A DNA stretch of 64,000 nt from positions 194,110 to 258,109 of the forward strand of contig NZ_JBHUPY010000007.1 of the NCBI RefSeq assembly GCF_042688385.1, given 5' to 3'. The DNA comes from Herpetosiphon sp. NSE202 (GTDB lineage: Bacteria; Chloroflexota; Chloroflexia; Chloroflexales; Herpetosiphonaceae). Made by a program: the position numbers and the translations under genes. This document shows, in pieces, positions 1 through 9,767 of the stretch (the first letter of the stretch is position 1; each line of letters opens with the position of its first letter). The notes under the pieces were generated by a model. It did not search any database and was not told where the DNA came from. It saw nothing but the letters and a program-made list of their open reading frames with translations.

Positions 1-1998
1 GTTGCCTTGGGTCAAGTCGTCCGCGTCACGGGTACGGCTGGTGAAAACCAAGGACAAACCCAATTGAGCGGCAGCTTGACGGTTGAGCTTTGTGGCACAA
101 CCAATGTGGTTACGCCAGCACAAGTGACCTTGCCATTCGCCTCAGCTACCGAAGCCGAGCGCTACGAAGGCATGCTTGTGCAGTTCAACCAAAAATTGGT
201 TGTTTCAGAGCACTACTTGTTGGCTCGCTTCGGCCAAGTTACCTTGTCGCTCAACGAACGCTTGATGCAACCAACCAACGTGGTTTCACCAGGTGCGCCA
301 GCTTTGGCCTTGCAAGCTGAAAACAACTTGCACAAAATCATCCTTGATGATCCATTCAACAACCAAAATGCTGATCCGATTCTGTTTGGTCGTGGTGGCA
401 ATGGCTTAAGTGCCAACAATACCTTGCGCGCTGGCGATAGCATCACCGGTTTGCAAGGCGTTATGACCTACACCTGGGGTGGCGCAACTGCAAGCCCCAA
501 CAGCTACCGCGTGCGGGTCAGCCAATCGCCAAATTTCGTGGCCGAAAACCCACGCCCAACCTCGCTTGAGCTTGATGGCTCGTTGCGCGTGGCTGGGGTT
601 AACGTGTTGAACTACTTCAATACCTTTGGCACAAACGCTTGTACTGGCGGGGTTGGTGGCGCTGCTACCGATTGCCGTGGGGCTGAAAACGCCACCGAAT
701 TCACACGCCAAAGAGACAAAACCATTGCCGCAATCATCATGACCCAAGCCGATGTTATTGGCTTGATGGAAATTGAAAACGACGGCTTCGGCAGCAACAG
801 CGCCATCCAAGATTTGGTTAATGGCTTGAACGCTGCAACCGCACCAAACACCTATGCCTTGATCAATGTCGATGCGCGGACTGGCCAAACCAATCCATTG
901 GGCACCGATGCAATCAAGGTTGCTTTGCTCTACAAACCAGCCAAAGTAAGCTTGACTGGCACGACTGCCGTGCTCAACACTGGCGCATTCGGTGAATTCA
1001 ACACCGGCAGCGGCCCAACTGGTCGTAACCGCCCAGCGTTGACCCAATCGTTCACCGAAACCAGCAGCGGCGAAACCTTCACCGTTGTGGTCAACCACTT
1101 GAAGTCGAAGGGTAGCGCGTGTACCGATAACATTAGCCCAGTGCCAAGCGACCCAGATTTGGGCGATGGCCAAGGCAACTGTAACTTGACCCGCAAAACC
1201 GCCGCGCAAGAGTTGGTCAACTGGTTGAATACCGACCCAACCAATGTTGATGATAGCGATTATTTGATCATCGGCGACTTGAATTCATACGCCATGGAAG
1301 ATCCAATCACCGTTATCCGTAACGCTGGCTATGTCAACGTACCAAAAGCCTTGCTTGGCGACGAAGCCTACTCATACATTTTCGACGGCCAAACTGGCTC
1401 GCTCGACCATGCCTTGGCAAGCAATTCGTTGTTCGGCCAAGTTGCCGATGTACAAGAGTTGCACATCAACGCCGACGAACCAATTGCCTTGGATTACAAC
1501 ACCAACTTCAAGAGCCCTGGCCAAATCACCAGCTTGTATAGCAACAACGCCTACCGTGCGTCAGACCACGACCCAATCGTGGTTGGCTTGAACTTGGGTG
1601 CAGCTCCAACTGCCAACTTCGGCACCTCAACCAAGACGGTCAGCGATACCAGCGTCGAACAAGGCGAAGTCTTCACCTACACCTTGACGATTCGCAATAG
1701 TGGCGCGGCAGAAGGCAGCTTCAGCTTGAGCGACGTGATCAACAGCAATTTGCAAATTGTGAGCGTCAGTGCTGGCTTGACCACCAGTGGCCAAACCGTC
1801 AGCACCAACAGCAGCCTTGCACCAAACTCAATCAAAACCTACACGATTGCCGTGCGCAGTGTTGGTAATTTCGTTGGAACGGTCAGCAACACCGCTGTGC
1901 TCAATAGCGATATTGATTTGACTGCCGATGACGTGACGATTACCGCAACCTCAAACCCAAGCTTTACGGTCTACTTGCCATTCGTGAACAAAAACTAA
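1..1998 (+). CDS. Secreted endonuclease/exonuclease/phosphatase (EEP)-family nuclease with C-terminal DUF11-type repeat domain. 5' partial: the ORF is open to the window edge.
   Basis: EEP motifs (VAGVNVLNYFNTF, SDHDPIVVGL). C-terminal DUF11-like repeats (TYTLTIRNSGAAEG...). No stop upstream of first Met at 7, so the gene likely begins before the window. Confidence 0.6.
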   Translation, partial: VALGQVVRVTGTAGENQGQTQLSGSLTVELCGTTNVVTPAQVTLPFASATEAERYEGMLVQFNQKLVVSEHYLLARFGQVTLSLNERLMQPTNVVSPGAPALALQAENNLHKIILDDPFNNQNADPILFGRGGNGLSANNTLRAGDSITGLQGVMTYTWGGATASPNSYRVRVSQSPNFVAENPRPTSLELDGSLRVAGVNVLNYFNTFGTNACTGGVGGAATDCRGAENATEFTRQRDKTIAAIIMTQADVIGLMEIENDGFGSNSAIQDLVNGLNAATAPNTYALINVDARTGQTNPLGTDAIKVALLYKPAKVSLTGTTAVLNTGAFGEFNTGSGPTGRNRPALTQSFTETSSGETFTVVVNHLKSKGSACTDNISPVPSDPDLGDGQGNCNLTRKTAAQELVNWLNTDPTNVDDSDYLIIGDLNSYAMEDPITVIRNAGYVNVPKALLGDEAYSYIFDGQTGSLDHALASNSLFGQVADVQELHINADEPIALDYNTNFKSPGQITSLYSNNAYRASDHDPIVVGLNLGAAPTANFGTSTKTVSDTSVEQGEVFTYTLTIRNSGAAEGSFSLSDVINSNLQIVSVSAGLTTSGQTVSTNSSLAPNSIKTYTIAVRSVGNFVGTVSNTAVLNSDIDLTADDVTITATSNPSFTVYLPFVNKN

Positions 1999-2013
1999 TC
2001 TGGCCTGAGACCA

Positions 2014-2053
2014 AGCGCCCAGCACTAATTGCGGTGCTGGGCGCTTTTTTGTT
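2014..2053 (+). terminator. Rho-independent terminator after the nuclease gene
   Basis: 12-bp perfect stem AGCGCCCAGCAC/GTGCTGGGCGCT with 8-nt loop, followed by TTTTTTGTT. Confidence 0.75.
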
Positions 2054-2245
2054 AATCAGCCCAAAGCCGCTAGCCAAATTCCATTCAAAAGCCCATTCTG
2101 ATGCTGCCATATCCAAAGCTTATCGATTCAAATCAGTGCCAGATCAACCTTTAGCCTAACGATCAATAAGCCAAATTGGGGCTTGAATGTGCTGATTGCA
2201 GGTTGTAAGCTAGCAGCACCACAGCTACTCAATTTGGAGCGAGAG

Positions 2246-3316
2246 ATGCAACACCTCAAACGCATGAGTTTGATCGTCTGTTTAGGCTTGGCTTTGGCAG
2301 CATGCGCAATTCCAGGCAATTATTCCTCGGATAATCCACCGACCAGCCCACCAGCCGAATTGCAAATCGAAGCAGGCTTTACGATTAGCCCAATCATTAC
2401 TGGTCTCGATCAGCCAACTGGGCTAGCCTTCGATCCTCAAGGGCGTTTGTATATTGCGCAACGCTCAGGCAGTGTGCTGATCAAAGAGGGCGCTGATCCG
2501 CCGCGCGAGTATGCCACGGGCTTCAATAAACCGCTCAGTTTGCACTGGTTTGAGCAAGCGTTATATGTGGTTGAGCAAGGCCAAATTCAGCGCTTGGATG
2601 ATCACAACGGCGATGGCAGCGTCGATCAGCAAACAATTTTATTAAGCGATCTGCCTGATCAGATTGAAGCCGCAACCCTTGTCTCCGATGCGCAAGGCTG
2701 GCTCTATCTTGGGGTTGGCACCCAAGCAGATCACACTGCAACCGCTGGAATTCAAGAGGGTTATATTCGGCGCTTTCGGGGCGATGGCAGCGAAGCCAGC
2801 GTTTATGCAACTGGTTTGCGCATGCCGTTTGGCTTGGCGTTCGATGCCCAACAGCAGTTGTATGCAACCGACAACGGACGCGAAGGCTTAGGCGATGATC
2901 TGCCGCCAGATGAGGTTAATCAGATTGAGGCGGGGGCCAATTATGGTTGGCCTGCGTGTTGGGGCCAGCGCCAGCCAGATGCTGATGGCGGCGGCGATCA
3001 AGCAGCGTGTGCAACGACCAGCGAGCCAGCAGCGCTTTTGCCAGCCCATAGTGGCGTGACCGGAATTGTCTTCTATCAAGGCACAGCGTTTCCTGCCAGC
3101 TATCAGGGCGATGGGTTTATTAGTTTATCAGGTTCGTGGTATAGCCAAGAATTGCGTGGTCATAGCATTGTGCGCATGAACGCAGAAGATCAAAGCATTG
3201 TGCCATTTGCCAGCGGCTTTGCGCGCCCAGTTGGCTTGGTTGTTAGCCCGCAAGGACAGTTGCTGGTGGCAGATTATGACCGTGGCATGATCGTTATGAT
3301 TGCAGCGCAACCCTAA
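2246..3316 (+). CDS. Lipoprotein, soluble quinoprotein glucose/sorbosone dehydrogenase-like beta-propeller (SGL family)
   Basis: Lipobox LGLALAAC after signal peptide. Repeated blade motifs (PTGLAFDPQGRLYIAQR, PFGLAFDAQQQLYATDNG, PVGLVVSPQGQLLVADY). GGAG RBS upstream of the Met at 2246. Confidence 0.6.
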   Translation: MQHLKRMSLIVCLGLALAACAIPGNYSSDNPPTSPPAELQIEAGFTISPIITGLDQPTGLAFDPQGRLYIAQRSGSVLIKEGADPPREYATGFNKPLSLHWFEQALYVVEQGQIQRLDDHNGDGSVDQQTILLSDLPDQIEAATLVSDAQGWLYLGVGTQADHTATAGIQEGYIRRFRGDGSEASVYATGLRMPFGLAFDAQQQLYATDNGREGLGDDLPPDEVNQIEAGANYGWPACWGQRQPDADGGGDQAACATTSEPAALLPAHSGVTGIVFYQGTAFPASYQGDGFISLSGSWYSQELRGHSIVRMNAEDQSIVPFASGFARPVGLVVSPQGQLLVADYDRGMIVMIAAQP

Positions 3317-3429
3317 ACCTAGAGAAAGTTGCCGAATATGCCTCAATTTATCAGTATTGCATATGAACTGTAAACATTGGGGTTCTCATGTATTTTTTGA
3401 CAAGCTAATCGCGAAAGTAGGCAGAATCT

Positions 3430-3912
3430 ATGCAACAGCTTATCCTCGCCTGTGGGGTAAATCCATTAGGCCCAATTATTTTACTCTTTGGGACAGCAAT
3501 TCTGCTATTTATCAGTAATATGACAATTAAATATTTCTTGCTTGCAAAAACCCATCGTTCAAAACGTCGTTCATTAATGATCGATAGTTTGAGCTTGACA
3601 TTTATTGAAGGCTTTGTAATCGGCTTGGTTATTCTAGCTGCAACAGTGTTGCCACGTGTTGTATTTATTACGAAAATTGGATTTTTATTTTCCTATCAAA
3701 TTATCATTTGGGCATTGTTTTGCATCATCGATACGTTTTTTATCAAACGTTGGTCAATCCAAACCAAATTTCAAGCGATTAGGCTAGACGACAGTCAACA
3801 ATTACAGGTTGAGCCAGCACATCGCACTTATCTGCCGCCATGGCTGGTAGCAATCCTATCAAATACATTAATCCTTGGCTTAATTGGCTTATTGGTTTGG
3901 ATAGTCAATTAG
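3430..3912 (+). CDS. Small 4-TM membrane protein, paralogue A (uncharacterised family)
   Basis: Begins MQQLILAC. About four hydrophobic helices. Conserved loop DDSQQLQVEPAHRTY shared with the next gene. AT-rich codon usage unlike its neighbours. Confidence 0.5.
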   Translation: MQQLILACGVNPLGPIILLFGTAILLFISNMTIKYFLLAKTHRSKRRSLMIDSLSLTFIEGFVIGLVILAATVLPRVVFITKIGFLFSYQIIIWALFCIIDTFFIKRWSIQTKFQAIRLDDSQQLQVEPAHRTYLPPWLVAILSNTLILGLIGLLVWIVN

Positions 3913-3931
3913 TTTATAACGAGGAGCAGCA

Positions 3932-4423
3932 ATGCAAAAAATAATCCTTGCCTGCTGCTATGGTTTATGGCCCCAATCATTTGGCTGGCTCTATGGGTTT
4001 ATCGGTTTTTGGGTAATTATAGCGCTTGTTATTGTGGTGAAAGCCTGGGTTTTCCCGCGCAGCCAATGGATTCAGCGGCGGGCACCCTTCCTTAAAAGTT
4101 TTTTGCTTTTTATGTCGGGAGCCAGTCTTAGCATGCTTGTGTTGAGCGGCATCTATTTTTTTGCGCCAGCCATGTTCAGCAATCGCCTTGGATTCGTCCC
4201 CGCCTATCACGTGATTCTGCTTGGGGCAATCTGCGTTCACGATACGCTGATATTGAACTATTGGCTCAAACAAGGCTATGCCCAAACCATCGGAGTTGAT
4301 CCAAATCAGCAACTTCAGGTCGAGTCAGCCCAAAGCCACTGGTATCAACCGATCGTGCTTGGATTCGGCACTAATCTCATGCTCTTTTTGGTTATTCAGG
4401 CAATGCTTAGCCTTGCTGGCTAA
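3932..4423 (+). CDS. Small 4-TM membrane protein, paralogue B
   Basis: Begins MQKIILAC. Shares the DPNQQLQVESAQSHWY loop with the preceding gene. Tandem duplicate. AGGAG RBS at 3920. Confidence 0.5.
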   Translation: MQKIILACCYGLWPQSFGWLYGFIGFWVIIALVIVVKAWVFPRSQWIQRRAPFLKSFLLFMSGASLSMLVLSGIYFFAPAMFSNRLGFVPAYHVILLGAICVHDTLILNYWLKQGYAQTIGVDPNQQLQVESAQSHWYQPIVLGFGTNLMLFLVIQAMLSLAG

Positions 4424-5187
4424 TGCCATTGTTACCATGGAGCAAAAGGTTGTTGATTATGACTGCACTTAATAATTCACTTGTAGCCTCAATTGAACCA
4501 GACGAGTATGATCCTTGGCTTAGCTTGCGCTATCAAACGCCACAGCAGCAAATCGTGCTCTATAGCGGCTCAATCTATCATAGTGGCATATTTGATGACG
4601 ATCAAACTGAATTTTGCTTAGATTTTAATTTTGGCCATAGCTACCTGATTCAACCCTATCGCCTCAGGCGGTTTGCCGAATGGCTTGTTTTTGTGCCCAT
4701 GATCGATCAAGCTACTGAGCTTGATAATGTTTGGGCTGATCACGCCCAGTTTGGGCAAGGGTTGCTAATTCCCCAACACAGCTGGGATGTTGTTTGGCAA
4801 GCAGCCGGATTTGCTGTGCGCAGCGCTGCAAGCATCCCACTTGCAACCAATGCCGATCTACAATTGCTTTGGTTGCTGACAAGCCAATTTAAGCAAGTTT
4901 CACCAGCCATGACGGGGCTAACAACTTCTATCAAGGCACTTCAGCATGCGATTCTTGCAGAAGCGCCAAACCATCAGCCTTCGATTAAACAGCTGCTGCA
5001 AGCAATGCTTGATCAACAACTGCTGCTTGAGCCAACTCCAAGTCCGCAACTCGCCGAAGGCCTGACGATTACAGCTTACTGGACTGACCACCAGCAGCGG
5101 ATTCAGGAGTGGCCAGCACTTATCGTCCAGCAGCAGCAGCCTTACCTGCTGATTTTTGGCCAGCTGGTTAAAATTCTCGAAGCCTAA
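4423..5187 (+). CDS. Hypothetical soluble protein (possible alternative start at 4459)
   Basis: ORF with TAATG stop/start overlap to the upstream gene. Gln-rich C-terminus. No recognisable domain. Confidence 0.4.
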   Translation: MPLLPWSKRLLIMTALNNSLVASIEPDEYDPWLSLRYQTPQQQIVLYSGSIYHSGIFDDDQTEFCLDFNFGHSYLIQPYRLRRFAEWLVFVPMIDQATELDNVWADHAQFGQGLLIPQHSWDVVWQAAGFAVRSAASIPLATNADLQLLWLLTSQFKQVSPAMTGLTTSIKALQHAILAEAPNHQPSIKQLLQAMLDQQLLLEPTPSPQLAEGLTITAYWTDHQQRIQEWPALIVQQQQPYLLIFGQLVKILEA

Positions 5188-5303
5188 AATAGGGCAGTTT
5201 GCGGGCAAAAACTGATATGTTGCTGAAAATGCTGAGAGTTACTTGAAAAAGGGAACACAATTGGCCTCGTATCCGTTATGATAAGACAGCCGAAACGATT
5301 TTA

Positions 5304-7634
5304 GTGTGTGGAGTATTGGGTATGCGCTGGATACGCTGGTGTTGGCTGCTGTTGCTGATAGCCCTACCGATCAGTGCAGCATCGGGCCAAGAGCAATCAA
5401 ATAATGGGCTAATTTGGCAAGTTGAGCCAGTATTTGGCACCACCTATCGCCCTGGCGAGTGGATGGCCTTGCGGGTCAAGGTGAGCAATACTGGCGTTGA
5501 TCGCAAGGTTGAAATTCACGTTGGCAACTACAATGTTGAGCTTGATGTGCCCGGCGGCAGTCAAAAAGAAACTTTGTTATATGGCCAATTTGATCAAGCG
5601 TTTCGGGTGCCAATGGCGCTCTATTTAAATGGCGAAAAACGCGAAACCGCCACGCTTCAACTGCGCTCAACCGATCGCCCGATGGTGGCAACCTTGTTGG
5701 AGCAACCGCTGCCCCAATTGACCAAGGTAGTGCTGGTTGCGACTGATAGCAAGCAATTGCCGAATTCGGCGATTGGCCTCGATATGCTCAATGGCATTGC
5801 GCTCAATCAGCGGTCGTGGGGCGAGCTATCGCCAGAACAACAGCAAGCAATCAAACGGTGGGTCAACAATGGTGGGATGTTGTTGGTCGAGCCAAATCTG
5901 CTTGAAGATTTGCCTGCCGAACTCCAGCCAGCCCAAGTTGCAGGCGAGCAAGCTATTGCCACCACAACCTTAAGCCAAGTATTTCTTCAGCCGTTCAATG
6001 AAGCAAGCTTGAATATTGCCCTGCTTCAGCCAAATAATCAATCGGCTGCGAGCCTGAAGCAAGATCAAACGCCGATTTTTGTTAAACGCCCAGTTGGCAA
6101 AGGTTTTGTCATCGCCAGTGCGTTTAATCTCGATCAGCAGGAAATCATCGCTTGGCGTGGCTACGAAAATATGCTGGTTTCGCTCTTTCCCCAAGCCCAA
6201 AATACTGGCTGGATGGGGCCTGGCAGCAGCGAAAATATGATTCGCGATACGAATGCGCCAGCATTGCTCAACAATTTACCAGCGCTTGACCTGCCACCGC
6301 TCAAAACCTTGTTAATTCTGTTGGGGCTTTACATTGTGTTGGCGGGGCCAGTGACCTACCTCGTGCTGCGACGGCTTGATCGCATGGCCCTCGCATGGCT
6401 GACAATTCCCTCATTAACCTTGGTTTTTGCAGTGCTGGCCTATGGAATTGGCTCAAAACAACGCGGCACTGATATTTTGGTTCATGATGTGGCCTTAATC
6501 TACCCCGATGCTGATGCTAATGCGACCGTGCTTGGCTATGCAGGGATTTTCTCGCCTGTTCGCGACGAATATCAGGTAACAATCAAAAACGGGGCCTATC
6601 CACGACCACTTTTGGTCAACCCCAATATGGGCGGCAATAATGGCGGGGTCAATGCAACCCGAGCACTCTATAGCCATCAACCAGGCGATATTCGCGACTT
6701 GACGATTAATCAATGGTCGATGGAAATGTTTGCTTATGAACAAAGCATCAGCGATGCGCCGCACGTGCAAATTGAAATCAGCATGCAAGAAAAGAAAATC
6801 ATTGGCACCGTGCGCAATACCAGCAAATATACGCTCAACGAAGCTGCATTTATTATGTTAGGTAATGCCCAAAAGTTTGGCACAATCGAGCCAGGCGCTG
6901 AAAAATCGATTGAATTGCAAATTAACAATAATCCTTCGATGTCGGGCGCAAGCTATTTGCTGTTTCAAAAAGAGCTTGATGCTGGCTATCAAACGCCATC
7001 CGGCCCACCACGCGACCTGTTGGCCAAAACCCAAGCACTTGATATTGCACTGCCCAACACCTATAGCTCGGTTGATCGCAACGCCGTGTTTGTGGCATTC
7101 GTCGATTTCAATCAATCGGTGATCGATTTGCCCGAAAAACGCTTTGCCGCAACCCAACGCAGCTTGTTAGTACAATATCCACAATTAAGCTATAGCCAAA
7201 ATGTGGTTGAACTGAACAACAATTGGTTCAGCTATACCATGGAAGAAGATCCCAATATGGGCATGGGTTCGGCCTGTACTACCAGTGCCCGTGGCTCAGG
7301 CACAAGCATTTCGCAAAAGACTGGCATCATCCAACTTAACTTACCAGCAACGCTTAGTTCAATCGAAGCCCAATCGTTGCGCTTTTTACCAACAATCGAT
7401 GGTGGCATGGTCGCACCCAACAAAGTCAACTACGAACTTTATAATTGGGTTACTGGGCAATGGGATGGCCTAAGCTTCAAAAATGGCGCGCTTGATCTGA
7501 CCACCAACCCAAGCGATTATTTACAACAAGGCAGTTTGCGCATGCGCTACACCATTGATCCATCGATCGACACCACTGCTGGGTTGTGGGGCTGTTTCTC
7601 GGTTGGGCCGGTGCTTACGGGAGTGGTCAAATGA
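5304..7634 (+). CDS. Large secreted/membrane protein with a GldG/ABC-transporter-auxiliary-like (DUF4350-type) segment
   Basis: N-terminal signal peptide. Two central TM helices (aa ~335-385). Motif ELSPEQQQAIKRWVNNGGMLLV resembles the GldG/ABC_transp_aux signature. Translationally coupled (ATGA) to the downstream ABC ATPase. Confidence 0.5.
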   Translation: MCGVLGMRWIRWCWLLLLIALPISAASGQEQSNNGLIWQVEPVFGTTYRPGEWMALRVKVSNTGVDRKVEIHVGNYNVELDVPGGSQKETLLYGQFDQAFRVPMALYLNGEKRETATLQLRSTDRPMVATLLEQPLPQLTKVVLVATDSKQLPNSAIGLDMLNGIALNQRSWGELSPEQQQAIKRWVNNGGMLLVEPNLLEDLPAELQPAQVAGEQAIATTTLSQVFLQPFNEASLNIALLQPNNQSAASLKQDQTPIFVKRPVGKGFVIASAFNLDQQEIIAWRGYENMLVSLFPQAQNTGWMGPGSSENMIRDTNAPALLNNLPALDLPPLKTLLILLGLYIVLAGPVTYLVLRRLDRMALAWLTIPSLTLVFAVLAYGIGSKQRGTDILVHDVALIYPDADANATVLGYAGIFSPVRDEYQVTIKNGAYPRPLLVNPNMGGNNGGVNATRALYSHQPGDIRDLTINQWSMEMFAYEQSISDAPHVQIEISMQEKKIIGTVRNTSKYTLNEAAFIMLGNAQKFGTIEPGAEKSIELQINNNPSMSGASYLLFQKELDAGYQTPSGPPRDLLAKTQALDIALPNTYSSVDRNAVFVAFVDFNQSVIDLPEKRFAATQRSLLVQYPQLSYSQNVVELNNNWFSYTMEEDPNMGMGSACTTSARGSGTSISQKTGIIQLNLPATLSSIEAQSLRFLPTIDGGMVAPNKVNYELYNWVTGQWDGLSFKNGALDLTTNPSDYLQQGSLRMRYTIDPSIDTTAGLWGCFSVGPVLTGVVK

Positions 7635-8584
7635 GCGAATTAGCGATTCAAACTGTTGATTTACTGCGCCGCTATGGCAAATATACTGCCGTCAACAAGC
7701 TTAACTTAGCCATCGCGCCTGGTAGTATTTTTGGCTTTCTCGGCCCAAACGGCGCTGGCAAAACCACAACCTTGCGGATGCTGGCGGGCTTGCTTGAGCC
7801 AAGCAGCGGCCAAGTCTTTTTGCATGGCCAGCTGATTCAAAAAACCAGCACAGCGGCAGCCATCGTTGGCTATATGCCCGATTTCTTTGGGGTTTACGAT
7901 GATCTGCGGGTTTGGGAATATCTTGATTTCTATGCGCGTTGCCATGGAATTGAGCCAGCCAAACGCAAAAGCACCGTTGATGGTTTGCTCGATTTGGTTG
8001 ATCTGAGCGACAAGCGCAATGCTTTTGTGCAACATCTGAGCCGTGGGATGCAACAGCGCTTGTGCTTGGCTCATGCGCTTGTGCACGACCCCAAAATTTT
8101 GTTGCTCGATGAGCCAGCCAGCGGCCTCGACCCCCAAGCGCGGGTTGAATTACGCGAGTTGCTGCGCACCCTACGCGATATGGGCAAAACGATTATTCTT
8201 AGCTCGCATATTTTGAATGAGCTAGAAGATATTTGTACCAATTTCGGAATTATGGCGCGTGGCCAATTGCTAGCCCAAGGCTCACTTGAAACCTTGCGCC
8301 AACGCAGCCGCCCAGCCCTCCAAATCAAAGTGCTTGATGATTTAGAGCGGGCGATGCGCTTGATTGGCGCTCAATCAGGCGTGTTGCGGGTGCTTGAGCC
8401 AGCGGAAGAAACGCCCAACCTGATCGAAGTAGAATTTGATGGCAATGAGCAGCAAGCATCACAGTTGCTGCTTAATTTAGCGCGCGCCGAGTTGCCAATT
8501 GCCGATTTCCATCGCGAAGACGATTCGCTCGAACGGCTCTTTTTGCAGCTTGTCAATGACCATGTTACGGAGGAACAGCTATGA
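7631..8584 (+). CDS. ABC transporter ATP-binding protein (ABC-2/GldA-like)
   Basis: Walker A GPNGAGKTT, signature LSRGMQQRL, Walker B ILLLDEP. GGAG RBS. ATGA overlap upstream. Confidence 0.85.
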   Translation: MSELAIQTVDLLRRYGKYTAVNKLNLAIAPGSIFGFLGPNGAGKTTTLRMLAGLLEPSSGQVFLHGQLIQKTSTAAAIVGYMPDFFGVYDDLRVWEYLDFYARCHGIEPAKRKSTVDGLLDLVDLSDKRNAFVQHLSRGMQQRLCLAHALVHDPKILLLDEPASGLDPQARVELRELLRTLRDMGKTIILSSHILNELEDICTNFGIMARGQLLAQGSLETLRQRSRPALQIKVLDDLERAMRLIGAQSGVLRVLEPAEETPNLIEVEFDGNEQQASQLLLNLARAELPIADFHREDDSLERLFLQLVNDHVTEEQL

Positions 8585-9669
8585 GCAATCGTGCGGCGAG
8601 CAGGCGTTGGAGATTGCAACCAAACCCAATTGTGGTCAAAGAGTTGCGTTCGCGTATGCGTGGTGGTCGAGCCTTTATCTTGCTCACGGGCTTTTTGCTG
8701 GGCTTGGGATTGGTTGGCTATGGCTTATTTCTGCGCGCTACCACCGGCCAAAACAACGGTGCACCGATTTTTAGTGCTCAAGTTGGCCAAACCCTGTTTG
8801 CAGGCTTAGCCTTTATGTTGCTGTTTTTGGTGATTCTGATTGCGCCAGCAGTAACGGTTGGGGCAATTAGCAGCGAGCGCGAACGCCTCACCTACGAAAT
8901 GTTGATTGCCACCAATTTGCCATCGCATCGCTTGCTATGGGGCAAATTGATTTCAGCGCTATCGTACATTGCGCTTTTGCTTTTGGCGGCAATTCCGCTG
9001 GGCAGCATTGTCTTTCTCTTTGGTGGGATCACCTTGCGCCATGTCATCCAAGCAGCAGTTATTATTGTGCTGAGTGCCATCACCAGCGCCATGCTTGGGA
9101 TTTGGGCCTCGGCAATGACCGGCAAAACCGGACGGGCAGCGGTCGTCAGCTATGTAATTATTGCCTTGGTGTTGGGTGGATTTTTGTTTGGAGCAGAAAT
9201 CTGGACGAATCGCACGACCGATCCAGTACCAACTGGGTTATTAGCGCCAAACCCGATTAGCGCCTTAGCTTCGAGCCTTGGAACCTTATCGGGGTCAAGC
9301 AGTAGCGGCATGCCATTTGAAGCAATCCCGAGGGCGGCTGGCGGCGGGCCTGGTTGGTGGCCAGGCAGCAACCCCTTCAGCAATACGGGCCTCAATTTTC
9401 CAGGTTGGCGAACCTTTTCGATTGGCATTTACCCAGCAACCGATCAATTTGGGCCTGATGGCATGCCAATTATTGCCGAGCCACGTTCGGTTTGGCGCAT
9501 TACCATCATCATTTTGATTATGGCATGTCTGGGCTTCTTTTGGATGGCGCTGCATGCCGTCAAACCACGCCGCCGCTGGTGGCCAACCTGGGGCGACGCA
9601 GCAATGCTCTCAGTCACCTCGCTCAGCTTGCTTGGTTTGGGCTTTTGGATTGGCTGGTGGTTCCGTTAG
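8581..9669 (+). CDS. ABC-2 family permease (GldF-like)
   Basis: Six or more TM helices. ATGA coupling to the ATPase. Gly/Pro-rich periplasmic loop. Confidence 0.7.
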   Translation: MSNRAASRRWRLQPNPIVVKELRSRMRGGRAFILLTGFLLGLGLVGYGLFLRATTGQNNGAPIFSAQVGQTLFAGLAFMLLFLVILIAPAVTVGAISSERERLTYEMLIATNLPSHRLLWGKLISALSYIALLLLAAIPLGSIVFLFGGITLRHVIQAAVIIVLSAITSAMLGIWASAMTGKTGRAAVVSYVIIALVLGGFLFGAEIWTNRTTDPVPTGLLAPNPISALASSLGTLSGSSSSGMPFEAIPRAAGGGPGWWPGSNPFSNTGLNFPGWRTFSIGIYPATDQFGPDGMPIIAEPRSVWRITIIILIMACLGFFWMALHAVKPRRRWWPTWGDAAMLSVTSLSLLGLGFWIGWWFR

Positions 9670-9717
9670 ACCAAGTTCAAGCGCCAATCAATAGCTCAAA
9701 AACACGAATTAAACGCC

Positions 9718-9743
9718 AACCCCGCGCCAATTGGCACGGGGTT
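9718..9743. terminator. Near-perfect 26-bp palindrome between convergent genes (possible bidirectional terminator)
   Basis: AACCCCGCGCCAATTGGCACGGGGTT with one mismatched pair. No strong T-tract. Confidence 0.35.
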
Positions 9744-9767
9744 GATGCATTGGAAGAAAAGACCAGG

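Noticed and set aside
406-1244. Long minus-strand ORFs (267 and 104 aa) inside the nuclease gene
   Set aside because: Antisense to a well-supported CDS. High-GC third-position mirror ORFs. No domains.
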